Virus record (IMG/VR): IMGVR_UViG_3300027779_000011
Span: 64,001-128,000 of that record
Strand: one strand, 5' to 3'
DNA from: a virus
DNA: 64,000 nucleotides
Shown: positions 49,601-59,161 of the stretch, piece after piece
Layout: the number at the start of each line of letters is the position of its first letter
Numbering within the stretch: position 1 is the stretch's first letter
Position numbers and translations under genes: made by a program
The notes under the pieces: model-generated
Database searches by the model: none
What the model saw: only the letters and a program-made list of their open reading frames with translations
Told to the model about the DNA's origin: nothing

Positions 49601-50783
49601 GGAAGAAAAGTCTCAATTGGAAATGGACGAAGCGATGAAGTTAAATGATAGAGCCGCTGGAACTGTAAATTCAATATCTAGGCTTAATTATTCAGTAAGA
49701 ACATCTGAGTCTGCATCCAAAAAGCGTTCGGCGCCAGCAATTCCCGGCAGCGATCCTTACGTGTCTGCTATTTCAAAGCTGGATACTCCAATTTGGAGAT
49801 CGTCAATTAGGCCGTCAATACCCCTCGTGGATCCTCAGACTGCGTACAGGTTGGTAAGCGGAGAACAATACAGTATTTCTGGACTAGTGCCAGAGCTAAC
49901 GTCCGAAGAAAAGAACGCCCTTTATAAGTTTATTGTTGATGTATATGGATTAAACGTAATTGGAAAAGTATTTTCGCCGCTAATGGAGCGAGGTGTTGGC
50001 TCGACGTTATCACCAGAAGAGACGCTGGACTTAGAAAATGTTGTGAAGGATTATGCCGAAAATAAACTTGGATTCGAGCTTACCGATGATGAGTATATGG
50101 GTCGCAAAAAAGTAAAGGGCGCCAGGGATAAGGGAACTCCGGCAGAAAGGGTACAGCTTATTTTAGACAAGCTCAATGCGCTAAGGCCGAATGTGGTCGG
50201 CATTGGGAAAAAGACAAGCCTTACAGTTAAGAACAACAACCACCTTGCAAACGTTATGGGAATCGATCCTGGAATGTATTACAACCTATCCCAAGAGTCG
50301 GCCATATCTTACGTGCCTGTTTCTGTTCCGGTTGAGTTATTTGGACAAGAGTGGAAGAAGGGCTGGACCCCTATAGATACGAAGACTGTCTTGCAAACTA
50401 GAGATGTGCAAAGAGGTTATAGGGTAGACGAAGACGGTAGAAAAATTCCAGTCAGGGATTCGCTTCTTGCCGGAAGAATTAGCGCCGCAACATTAGATTA
50501 TTTCCGTGGAACACAGACGGGGGATGTTGCGAGCATAGATCAACATGGCGCAGAGATGTCAAAAGTTGTTCCTGGCACAGCATCCGGTGTAGAGGGCATT
50601 GTCGGATTGGCGACGAAGATGAAGAGGAACTTATTATTACACATGGAAAGAAGACTCAAGGGTTTGAGCATAGAAAAATTAAGTGAAAAAAATGATTTAT
50701 TAAATAAAATTTCTTACAGGCGGAGGAGACTCTTTAGTATAATTAAGACCAATGGGCATGGTGCCGATTACAAACTTAAATAA
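43626..50783 (+). CDS. Giant hypothetical protein with multiple Cys/His motifs (putative virion-packaged)
   Basis: 2385 aa; CPVC, CPY..HC, CFSCPC, CPNGH; basic K-x-[AS]/RRRR segments at start, middle and end. Confidence 0.75.
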   Translation: MKKEKRLTLLRKYFKKSATDKSSDEPRVSPVIVRLITDLLELHEEGALSEISDEVSGSVIENLLGAYERLSAGRDDSEGLLVEDYDVLDTSGDRISDDRYVPEDEDDWLAEEHEPGATVQTTMQEDYENVLSDYDEVIYTIIEQSFGEGDIETGIENMISEDKDFVSSYVSSAFSTLSRALDSLDKHFPTDSFSGSSDKELASRIKYIETYREEVRGMYKNLSGLSGLGKTIENANDAISILRGYREGRSGGTVEEPAGDPGGETMIFGPDRQPGKPGRRKIRPLDDPAGKASRRNKKYLLTEEVAPSRVMNDHSNIDQEDLTTDWSVVSSQLSSFSEGFFTDVDSDILNGVEDRMTIEQKELLIRDNFEKFATNLSSEITLIRNRLIDTSIGFGGRISNEANISKAISSLNNLYASLWVWDQINKIRIKSMDIGYVNTIKISGTYSIIRHLKSVGRSTLRNFVESAIICSRTKLMFRKVRNDEGAYDEDLTARFMQEVVNQIINKMSAAIKDGSNKENIIKYIGTIPINQTLLRINAKNIIDVESGVVASKTVVNNKYTKCPVCSKQILWGLNGGGSDKEKIDRFKEKNLGNFKYVQYSFYRADGSLIDINDLIEPSSTLISDADADADADHGWKSKEYSGTKTWIEISNMIYSGDKSDHAEGLRRRSEVLAYFGGEPLNNGEEVRIRDSRFGCPYDSENDHCGLAVSEDGDEFMFGWNGSGRTVISGDKSKGPTRLDFYGKRDGDNYYTNSITEGNEQNANHMAKKYGNGGYKFSKHCFSCPCRITQDVAKDDGKFLYKYNYMAIPYFGVHSADNISNYELWKEKSPIGLPTAPDGSVDDTIGDNTVGYVICGASTSLSSFSRSGQLSISSLFQSIYEAEGSGDKPRGTAKRLSEWLISNGVDPFDIYEFVHTGKYHSVDLEIPPGEGEASDPIPAASLPEGFFSSPADRGYTDLYMSEQDPKPPALDEKGTVVRRRGGVDNKESALIRRSRRRKNNLKIINITSSLDINKSKRLHKISELLSTAMAKSIDSDIYDIIGGLSLSCPNGHKFSISQSINFANNNMARKIRGMTRIGEYSSEHNALMANGSFENYKKLGIIKEVSDFDNHQQYDKWTVSSSSKRDPSRLSFLGPDGRYYKISEVWNPGKGGFLATAWNTRSTARAPYSFTDPIVEFRMNYELSDKEYVKSKSTTKGEDDSGESSALEGEMVRSVEESVGGEETNVTDDARTIDEQLSEGYHLVQPIPHPSRLSANADTVRIQVKQLSISVESILNVIAQWRDNAVDSSFNMAFAYPENICCTEDDYRTIKTSIPEIIDIAVGPEDLEKTSLQVFEDLKSNLFDSYLDGVDLNRIHLMIPNYTYEYVSNMIYENISSSLKSVIGLEYNDEIRLDTKSEAFSDIVNILFPLKRFSPVSQKASYGKELVRKEFIGKLYMVASAIYLSRAMEKYANNYHNPASSNYVGYRLPLDLDANSAFNVSKEQISGFPSEVIRDLERGTDQLLDANGGIVGEIQYDVDESGAILNEDEILRKIKSAYHFSIKEDLENIDSIVFSRDVLDAAREYISNMAIDKIIEPISNTDSVLQYMDENGYVKIDDGSYSYEDRIRAISGILDQARAIEDKGVRSHKAGAKNKQLMSFLTEHGIDPVFYRNKTIFDAMTSSSQVATVSFRPYMDEWEGPSGQDYVQPYKPQIPSSLKIMFAYPTKETVAAQKDFFNKDTMTIRAFMRYPIISLPSHNSGFLVSQKRGTEVGHFVVSRLRPLGSRTAKIEGQELQDFISSKRLYEVDAYTEMLDNMGFNIWFVSQLEYPAKGVSSKTYSPLFGHLDSEGSPKKDLKANISSILDHPATEAGVDENGNDFYINSLFNYDSRLWQIGRVGKSSATGAVFSYPISEENLMRYDSPIGVILPFDLSPSSSNMGTNQERNLAKVFRNALPIADINFIVEIDNMPIDIGFLVQKTKGAFLKGLSDIDKSYNSYRAGVNKIKSNSSTSAEEKSQLEMDEAMKLNDRAAGTVNSISRLNYSVRTSESASKKRSAPAIPGSDPYVSAISKLDTPIWRSSIRPSIPLVDPQTAYRLVSGEQYSISGLVPELTSEEKNALYKFIVDVYGLNVIGKVFSPLMERGVGSTLSPEETLDLENVVKDYAENKLGFELTDDEYMGRKKVKGARDKGTPAERVQLILDKLNALRPNVVGIGKKTSLTVKNNNHLANVMGIDPGMYYNLSQESAISYVPVSVPVELFGQEWKKGWTPIDTKTVLQTRDVQRGYRVDEDGRKIPVRDSLLAGRISAATLDYFRGTQTGDVASIDQHGAEMSKVVPGTASGVEGIVGLATKMKRNLLLHMERRLKGLSIEKLSEKNDLLNKISYRRRRLFSIIKTNGHGADYKLK

Positions 50784-50799
50784 CATGCCTGGAGGCGTT

Positions 50800-51081
50800 A
50801 TGGATAACAGCATTAATATTTTTGAAGAAGAGGCTAGGCCGAATAATCTAAACGGAATAGACGTAGACATTGTTCGCTCTATGGTGAAGCAGATGAGCGA
50901 AATTGATGAGCAGATTAAAGACCTGAGGGCAGACAAGAAGGAGTTGATTGGTGACTTCATTGATAATCATGACGTTCCTAAGAAGGAGATCATGATTGCA
51001 ATTAGAATGCTAAAGGGAGATATAGATCCAGATGTAACCTCATATTTGTATGCAAACTTAGCGGACATAGTTGATATTTAG
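50800..51081 (+). CDS. GapR/T4 DsbA-like small DNA-binding protein
   Basis: VRSMVKQMSEIDEQIKDLRADKKELI...HDVPKKEIMIAIRMLK helical pattern; GGAGG RBS. Confidence 0.5.
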   Translation: MDNSINIFEEEARPNNLNGIDVDIVRSMVKQMSEIDEQIKDLRADKKELIGDFIDNHDVPKKEIMIAIRMLKGDIDPDVTSYLYANLADIVDI

Positions 51082-51090
51082 GGCATATTT

Positions 51091-51564
51091 ATGGTAGGAT
51101 TTGCTCTTGGATGGATATATGGCCACCTTTTTGAGTGGGCTATACACAAATACGTGCTGCACTCTAGCCGTTGTAAAAAAAAGAATAATATTTTATCATT
51201 TCATTTTTTAGAACATCATTCTAATGCCAGGGCAAATAATTTTACAGACTCATCGTATAGCGGACTTCCAGTTAATCGGGATTCTGCAGGAAAGGAGGCC
51301 TTATCCTTGCTCTTAGTTCTTATCATACACGCTCCCTTGCTGTATATATCAAAAGGATTCTTTTTAGCGCTAATGGTTTCTTTAGCCGAATATTATTACA
51401 AGCACAGAAAGGCTCATACCAATCCGGAGTGGGCCAGGCATAATCTTTCATGGCACTACGAGCATCACATGTGTAAGGATCAAGATTCTAACTTTGGAGT
51501 TAGGTCAGACTGGGTAGATGTATTCTTGGGAACAAGAAAATATACAATAAACAATCTAAAATAG
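51091..51564 (+). CDS. Fatty acid hydroxylase/sterol desaturase family membrane protein
   Basis: His boxes EWAIHKYVLH, HFLEHH, YKHRKAH, WHYEHH..NFGV..WVD..LGT. Confidence 0.85.
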   Translation: MVGFALGWIYGHLFEWAIHKYVLHSSRCKKKNNILSFHFLEHHSNARANNFTDSSYSGLPVNRDSAGKEALSLLLVLIIHAPLLYISKGFFLALMVSLAEYYYKHRKAHTNPEWARHNLSWHYEHHMCKDQDSNFGVRSDWVDVFLGTRKYTINNLK

Positions 51565-51574
51565 GAGCTTACGT

Positions 51575-54500
51575 ATGGAAAAATCACCATTTGTTTCTTT
51601 GCACAACCATACAGAGCAGGGTTCCCCTCTTGATGGTATGAATAACATAGACGAACTTTTTAACCAAGCAAAGTCATTGGGTCATAAGGCTATTGCTATA
51701 ACCGATCATGGCACACTAACTGCGCATTATGACGCATGGAAGGCCTCTAAAAATACTGGCGTAAAGCTCATTCCGGGAATGGAGGCTTACTTTGCCCCCA
51801 GCTTGGAAGACAGAAAGTCTTATCACCTTGTTCTAATCCCAAAAAATCATAATGGGTATAAGAATATATTGAGATTAAATTATGAATCATATAAAAACCA
51901 AGTCTCTGGATATATGGGAAAAAAGACGCCCAGAATAACATGGGAGCACCTAGAGGAGTTTAATGAAGATGTTATATGCCTAACAGCATGTTCGAACGGC
52001 CCAATTGCAAAAGCATTAATTGCGGACGAAGAAGAGAATGAGGCGATTTCGAGACTGATTAGGCTAAAGAGTATTTTTGCTGATAGGCTATATCTTGAGC
52101 TTCAGCCACACAGTTTGAAGACTGATGACGGAAAGGTTGATCAAGTAAGGTTAAATAATGCTTTGATAAAATATGCTAAAATACATAATGTAAAATATGT
52201 AGTTACGTCTGATGCCCACTATCTTGATGCCAACCATGCAAAGTATCATGATATGATGCTTGCGATAAAAGACAAGAAGGCTGTTGATGATCCAGATAGA
52301 TTTCGTTATGGTGTTCAAGATATGTATCTTAAGAATCATGATGAGATAACTGAATTCTTCGGAGAAGAAATCGCTACAGAGGCTATGAGGAACTCTTCTG
52401 ATATAGCAGATATGTGCGATGAGCCAGAGTATCTTGAGCCCAAAGGACCACGCCTGCCAAGATTCCCCATAGAGAGTGAGAGCGACTATGGAGAATTTAA
52501 GAAATGGACTGGCAGCGGAAAAGATGACGTTGATGAGGATAAGGCATTTCTCAGGTTTAGGTGCATGAAGAGCTTCAAAGATAAGTTTTCAGAATTAAAT
52601 ATTTCTGATAAAACTAAATATTGGAGCAGGGTTAAGTATGAGTTATCTATATTGGAAGCTAGAAGTTTTTCCTCATATATGCTTATTGTGTCTGATTACA
52701 TAAATTGGGCTAAACAAAATAATATTCCAGTTGGCCCAGGAAGAGGCTCTGCTGGCGGAAGCCTTGTTTCTTTTTTAATTGGAATAACGTCTGTTAACCC
52801 GATGGAGTTTGGATTATTATTTGAAAGATTTCACAACAAAGAGAAGGAATCCTTTCCGGATATAGATACGGATTTTGCAGATCCATCAAAAGTTAAGGAA
52901 TATCTTAAGGGGAAGTACGGAGAGGATAGGGTTGCATCTATATCTAACTGGTCGACCCTATCCCCTAAGGTTATAATAAAGGATGTAGCCAGGTCGCTAA
53001 GGCTAGGTGGGGATAAATCGACTGCGTTTAAAATAGCAAACCATATAACATCTATAATGCCTGATGCGAGAAGCATAGAGGACGCCATGGAGGTTAGCAA
53101 AGAATTTAAGTCATACATGCTAAGGTATCCGAAGCTGTATGACTATGCGTCAAAGCTGCAGGGCCTAACAAGAAACTGGTCTGTTCATGCGGCAGGAATT
53201 GTTATATCGGATGAACCATTATATAACTTTGTTCCGCTAAGAATTGACGAATCAGGACATCTTGTTACACAGTGGGAAAAGACGAGATGCGAAGAAAATG
53301 GCTTAATAAAGATGGATATATTGGGGCTAAAAACCCTTACTGTTATTGACAATGTATTTAAAAATATAAAAAATACGAAAGATATAGAGATAAGTATAGA
53401 GGACATACCTATTGATGATAAAGAAACATATGAAATGATATCAAGTGGAAATAACGCTGGAATTTTTCAGCTGGAGGCATCACTGTCTCCACTCTGCCAG
53501 AAGATAAAGCCGGTAAATGTAAGAATGATTTCTGACATTAATGCAATGGGCAGGCCGAGCTGTTCTGCTCAGGACAGGAAGAATTACATACAGAGAAGAT
53601 TCGGGATAGAAGATGTCAGTTATAGGCACTCTACACTGGAGAAGGCCTTGGGTGGTACGTATGGAGTCTCCCTCTATGAAGAGGGAATGATGGCTATAGC
53701 GAAAGATTGTGCCGGATGGGATCTAAACCAGGCTGATGCTCTTAGAAAAATAACTAAGCAGAAGGGAAAGGACCCGGGCTTGGTCCTCAGGACAGAGGCA
53801 TCTTTTTTGAAAGATTGCATGAGTAAGACAGGTATGTCTTATGAGCAGGCCAAGGATATATGGGATAATGAAATAATCCCATTTGGATTGTATGGCTTCA
53901 ATAAGTCTCACTCTATTTTATATTCTCATATATCAGTATATACGGCATGGCTAAAGAGGCACTATCCAACCGAGTTTATGTGCGCACTGCTAAATTCAGA
54001 AGATCCTAATTCTGACAAAGCTCAGGAATATATAAATGAATGTGGATCGATGAGCATAAGCATATTGGCTCCCGATATAAACCATAGTGATGGAAACTAC
54101 TCTATAAAAAGTGGCTCTGAAATCGTAACTGGGCTATCTGCTATCAAAGGACTTGGGGGTGCGGCGATAAAGGAGATGATAGGTAATAAGCCATATGATA
54201 GCTTTTCAGAATTTTTAGTTAAAAATAGCGGAAGAACGGTTGGAAAGACGGCAATACAATCCCTATCTAAGTCTGGTGCGTTTTCAACATTTGGAAGAAC
54301 CAGAATGGATATTTTTGAGAATTATCAAAAGTATCGAACAAAGCTTAGGTCTGCTGTGGCAAAGGATAAAGATATTGATGATGTAGTTCTTCCGGAGTAT
54401 AATGAAGAGTGGGATAGAAAGAAGCTGCTACTGTTTGAAAAAGAAGTTCTCGGCAGAACTATAAGCGGGTCCCTTCATGAGGTTTTTGATGGGTTTTTTA

Positions 54501-54823
54501 CAAAAAGTTATTCCGTGACTCCATTAAAAAATATTTCACTTACCAATACTGGTGATAAAATAAAAATCGAAGTAATAGTTAATTCAAAAATAAAAGAATT
54601 TAAAATAAAGAATGGGAAGAATATAGGTAGGAAGTTTGCAAAGTATCTGGTGGAGGACGTTGATGGAGAAACTTGCGATTTGACATTGTGGGCAGATCAA
54701 TACGATAGACTTAGAGCGCGGCTTGTAGACGGTATACCAATAAAGGCAATTTGTAGAATAAATGAGTATATGGGGCAGAAAAGCCTCAGCCTTGTTGAAA
54801 TAGAAAGGATATATGGAGGATGA
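51575..54823 (+). CDS. dnaE: DNA polymerase III alpha subunit (C-family)
   Basis: PHP HNH/TDHG/SDAHY, GPGRGSAGGS, LLFERF, PDIDTD, HAAG, KMDILG, YGFNKSH, OB fold. Confidence 0.97.
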   Translation: MEKSPFVSLHNHTEQGSPLDGMNNIDELFNQAKSLGHKAIAITDHGTLTAHYDAWKASKNTGVKLIPGMEAYFAPSLEDRKSYHLVLIPKNHNGYKNILRLNYESYKNQVSGYMGKKTPRITWEHLEEFNEDVICLTACSNGPIAKALIADEEENEAISRLIRLKSIFADRLYLELQPHSLKTDDGKVDQVRLNNALIKYAKIHNVKYVVTSDAHYLDANHAKYHDMMLAIKDKKAVDDPDRFRYGVQDMYLKNHDEITEFFGEEIATEAMRNSSDIADMCDEPEYLEPKGPRLPRFPIESESDYGEFKKWTGSGKDDVDEDKAFLRFRCMKSFKDKFSELNISDKTKYWSRVKYELSILEARSFSSYMLIVSDYINWAKQNNIPVGPGRGSAGGSLVSFLIGITSVNPMEFGLLFERFHNKEKESFPDIDTDFADPSKVKEYLKGKYGEDRVASISNWSTLSPKVIIKDVARSLRLGGDKSTAFKIANHITSIMPDARSIEDAMEVSKEFKSYMLRYPKLYDYASKLQGLTRNWSVHAAGIVISDEPLYNFVPLRIDESGHLVTQWEKTRCEENGLIKMDILGLKTLTVIDNVFKNIKNTKDIEISIEDIPIDDKETYEMISSGNNAGIFQLEASLSPLCQKIKPVNVRMISDINAMGRPSCSAQDRKNYIQRRFGIEDVSYRHSTLEKALGGTYGVSLYEEGMMAIAKDCAGWDLNQADALRKITKQKGKDPGLVLRTEASFLKDCMSKTGMSYEQAKDIWDNEIIPFGLYGFNKSHSILYSHISVYTAWLKRHYPTEFMCALLNSEDPNSDKAQEYINECGSMSISILAPDINHSDGNYSIKSGSEIVTGLSAIKGLGGAAIKEMIGNKPYDSFSEFLVKNSGRTVGKTAIQSLSKSGAFSTFGRTRMDIFENYQKYRTKLRSAVAKDKDIDDVVLPEYNEEWDRKKLLLFEKEVLGRTISGSLHEVFDGFFTKSYSVTPLKNISLTNTGDKIKIEVIVNSKIKEFKIKNGKNIGRKFAKYLVEDVDGETCDLTLWADQYDRLRARLVDGIPIKAICRINEYMGQKSLSLVEIERIYGG

Positions 54824-55316
54824 TATGATTATATGCCCAAAGTGTGATTTTGAGGTCTCGTACAAAATGAGGCATTCTATAGAGCTAAATTCATGCCCAT
54901 CCTGTGGCAAGGTTCTTTTGAATAATATAGAGATTAGGAGAATATCTTCGATAAGCTCAAGGTTAAATTCTCAAGAATTTTCTGAAAAAATGGGAGACTC
55001 GCTGATATCTGATGTATCATTTTTTATATATTTTCATATAGTCAAAGCCCTATCTAAAGATAATGGTGAGCAGAGCAATCCGGTCATTAAAGATAGCATA
55101 GATGACTCTGAAGGTTTGGATGACGATGATGATGATGAACTAGATCTTAAGGCAATAAGGGATGAAGTTGAGACGGAAGTGCTAATCAAAGAAGACGCTC
55201 ACCCACTTGATGATGATGAGTTGGAAGCCGACAGAGTCTCTAGGCTCAGAAGTTTGGCCAGAAAACAAAAAATGGCTTCAAAAAACCCTCTAAAGGTAAA
55301 GAGAATATCTAGTTAA
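54813..55316 (+). CDS. Zinc-ribbon protein with acidic linker
   Basis: CPKC...CPSCG; poly-Asp region. Confidence 0.7.
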   Translation: MEDDMIICPKCDFEVSYKMRHSIELNSCPSCGKVLLNNIEIRRISSISSRLNSQEFSEKMGDSLISDVSFFIYFHIVKALSKDNGEQSNPVIKDSIDDSEGLDDDDDDELDLKAIRDEVETEVLIKEDAHPLDDDELEADRVSRLRSLARKQKMASKNPLKVKRISS

Positions 55317-55317
55317 A

Positions 55318-55623
55318 ATGATTAAGGCTATTGGAAATAAAAAAATAGAACTAAGCAAAGAAGAGTATTCGTATTTTCTATCATTAAAAGATGTATTTGG
55401 AGAGAGCTCGTTTATAGGCCTGTTCGAAACAGATGATAGCGGGAGTATAACATTAATAAAGCCAGGATTGGATAATCCGACCTCTATGGCTGTTATATTT
55501 TTTCTTTTAAATGTTATGTTAAATCAACGGTTGAGAAGGCTTGATAATAAGATTGCTAAAATTGAAAACATCGAAAGCAGAATAAGAATTCTAGAAGAGG
55601 GAACAAAAAATGAAATCACTTAG
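55318..55623 (+). CDS. Hypothetical protein
   Basis: 101-aa ORF in tightly coupled replication operon. Confidence 0.65.
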   Translation: MIKAIGNKKIELSKEEYSYFLSLKDVFGESSFIGLFETDDSGSITLIKPGLDNPTSMAVIFFLLNVMLNQRLRRLDNKIAKIENIESRIRILEEGTKNEIT

Positions 55624-56146
55624 TGAATTGATATCTATTGATAATTTTTCTATAGAAAATATAGATATAACAGAGATAAATCGCTTGGCTACTTTTTTGC
55701 CAAAAAACGGTATAATTGATGTGAACATAGCGGAACGATGCTTGGTGTACACAGTAGAGGGCCAGAACCTATGCCAAGAGAAAATAGTTCAATTGGAAAG
55801 ATGGATTGGTATAAAAGAATCTGATAAAAATAAGGCATGGTCCACAGCAGCGTTGGAAAGGGCGAAGGCCGGTGGGCTAAAAACCGTAAAGGAAAAGGAA
55901 TGGTTTGCACAATCTGATGAAGATTATATAGCGGCGTACAATAACTTAGCACTTGCTAAGGCGTCGAAGAAATGGTTTGAAAGTAAGGCTGGTTACTTTA
56001 GTACATGGCACTATGCATTAAAGACATTTTTAAGAAGAGATTATTCTTTAGAGAGGTTGGGAGATAGTTCAAATATTAGTTTTGAGTCATCGCATGAAAA
56101 TAGTCATGCAGATGATGATATGTGTGGAGATATTGGTTGGAAGTAG
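55610..56146 (+). CDS. Possible UvsY-like recombination mediator
   Basis: Helical; KEWFAQSDEDYIAA...KKWFESK...WHYALK resembles UvsY-type tails; next to SSB and near RecA. Confidence 0.4.
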   Translation: MKSLSELISIDNFSIENIDITEINRLATFLPKNGIIDVNIAERCLVYTVEGQNLCQEKIVQLERWIGIKESDKNKAWSTAALERAKAGGLKTVKEKEWFAQSDEDYIAAYNNLALAKASKKWFESKAGYFSTWHYALKTFLRRDYSLERLGDSSNISFESSHENSHADDDMCGDIGWK

Positions 56147-56200
56147 CCAATCTTTAATTAACAAACGTGGTAAGAAACCACAACAAAAAAGGAGATAAAA

Positions 56201-56860
56201 ATGGCGAATGTAACATTTGGAGAAGTAGATTGGAATGCTGGAGACTCAGGGGGCTCTTCGTCTTCGGCTAGTGATTTCATGAGACTAGAGCAGGGTGAGA
56301 ATGTAGTTAGGGTTATGGGTAATCCAACTCAGTTTTATGTTCACTGGTTGACATGTTCAGATGGTAGTAAGAAAAAGGTTGTTAGCCCAATCGATAATCC
56401 AGAAATGGTAAAAAGGCTTGAAGATGCCGGATTCAAAAGACAAGCACGCTGGCTTGTTAAGGTGTTGGACCGAACAGACGATAAGTTTAAGGCACTTGAG
56501 ATTGGAGCGCAAATTTATAATGGGATTAGGGCGCTATATAACAACGAGAAGTGGGGCAAGGTGACTTCGTATGACCTAAGTGTGATGAGGGGCTCTCCCG
56601 GCCAACAGCCGTTGTATAACGTCACTCCAAATCCGAAAGAGGATTTAGATAGCACATTTAAGACGCCATGGGTTGACTTCAATGATCGCATGAACTTTGA
56701 AAAGATAATCTCGCCAACACCTTCAGAGGATATATGTGAGATGCTTGGATGGGCCATTTCTGATGTGAATAGCGGATCTGATGCGAATAGCGGAAGCTCA
56801 GATGAGTCTTCATCTAGCGATGAGTCTTCATCTAGTGACTTTGAGTTTGATTTTGAATAA
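56201..56860 (+). CDS. Phage single-stranded DNA-binding protein (gp32-like)
   Basis: DFMRLEQGENVVRV, YVHW, KALEIG.QI, YDLSV.R...YNV.P, acidic/aromatic tail SSDFEFDFE; strong AAGGAG RBS. Confidence 0.78.
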   Translation: MANVTFGEVDWNAGDSGGSSSSASDFMRLEQGENVVRVMGNPTQFYVHWLTCSDGSKKKVVSPIDNPEMVKRLEDAGFKRQARWLVKVLDRTDDKFKALEIGAQIYNGIRALYNNEKWGKVTSYDLSVMRGSPGQQPLYNVTPNPKEDLDSTFKTPWVDFNDRMNFEKIISPTPSEDICEMLGWAISDVNSGSDANSGSSDESSSSDESSSSDFEFDFE

Positions 56861-56880
56861 TCTAACTTATTAACTCTACC

Positions 56881-56920
56881 AAAATGGGAAGATAGGCACA
56901 CGCTTATCTTCCCATTTTTT
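56881..56920 (+). terminator. Intrinsic terminator after SSB
   Basis: AAAATGGGAAGATAGGC-acac-GCTTATCTTCCCATTTTTT. Confidence 0.88.
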
Positions 56921-56947
56921 ATAATCATATAAAGTATAATTAAGATT

Positions 56948-57490
56948 ATGGTTAGAACTCTCGGGCTAGATATATCTTCAAGTGTTATAGGCTGGTCTGT
57001 TCTCTCGAACGAGAACAATGTGATGTCACTTGAACAGTATGGACATATAAAGCCACCACCTTCAAAAGCTGGCAGCCTGGCATTCAGAATGAACTCCGCA
57101 TTCGATAGTATGTCGGAACTGTTTAATAAAATAAATCCAGATGTAGTTGCAATAGAATCATATGCAAGTAAGTTTTCTGCAGGAAGAAGTAGCGCGAGAA
57201 CCATTATAGTTTTGTCATCATTTAATGAGATGATATCAATGGCCTGCTTAAGGGAGCTTGGCTTCGAAACAGAGAAGTATGCTGTTTCGAAGATTAGATC
57301 AATTTTATCTAAAAAATATGGTATGAAGTTAGTTACAAAAGATGATGTGTTTGATTTAGTTAGAAATGAATTTTCTAATTTTATTATAAGGAAAAATAGG
57401 AATAATAAAGTTGCAAAAACAGTTTACGATGAGAGCGATTCGATAGCTGTAGCATTAACCAGTATTTTAATTAATAAGGGAGAATTTTAA
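56948..57490 (+). CDS. ruvC: RuvC-like Holliday junction resolvase
   Basis: LGLDISS...GWSV, PDVVAIE, K.DV, DESDSIAVA acidic tetrad. Confidence 0.82.
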   Translation: MVRTLGLDISSSVIGWSVLSNENNVMSLEQYGHIKPPPSKAGSLAFRMNSAFDSMSELFNKINPDVVAIESYASKFSAGRSSARTIIVLSSFNEMISMACLRELGFETEKYAVSKIRSILSKKYGMKLVTKDDVFDLVRNEFSNFIIRKNRNNKVAKTVYDESDSIAVALTSILINKGEF

Positions 57491-59140
<1,650 letters not shown>

Positions 59141-59161
59141 AAATAAAATTGGAGTTTATTG

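Noticed and set aside
43626-50783. Virion RNA polymerase subunit
   Set aside because: No NADFDGD/DxDGD or single-subunit RNAP motif was found; DADADADAD at about 45495 is a simple repeat.
56515-57204. 229-aa minus-strand ORF and the many other short antisense ORFs
   Set aside because: They overlap well-supported plus-strand genes and a terminator and show no motifs.
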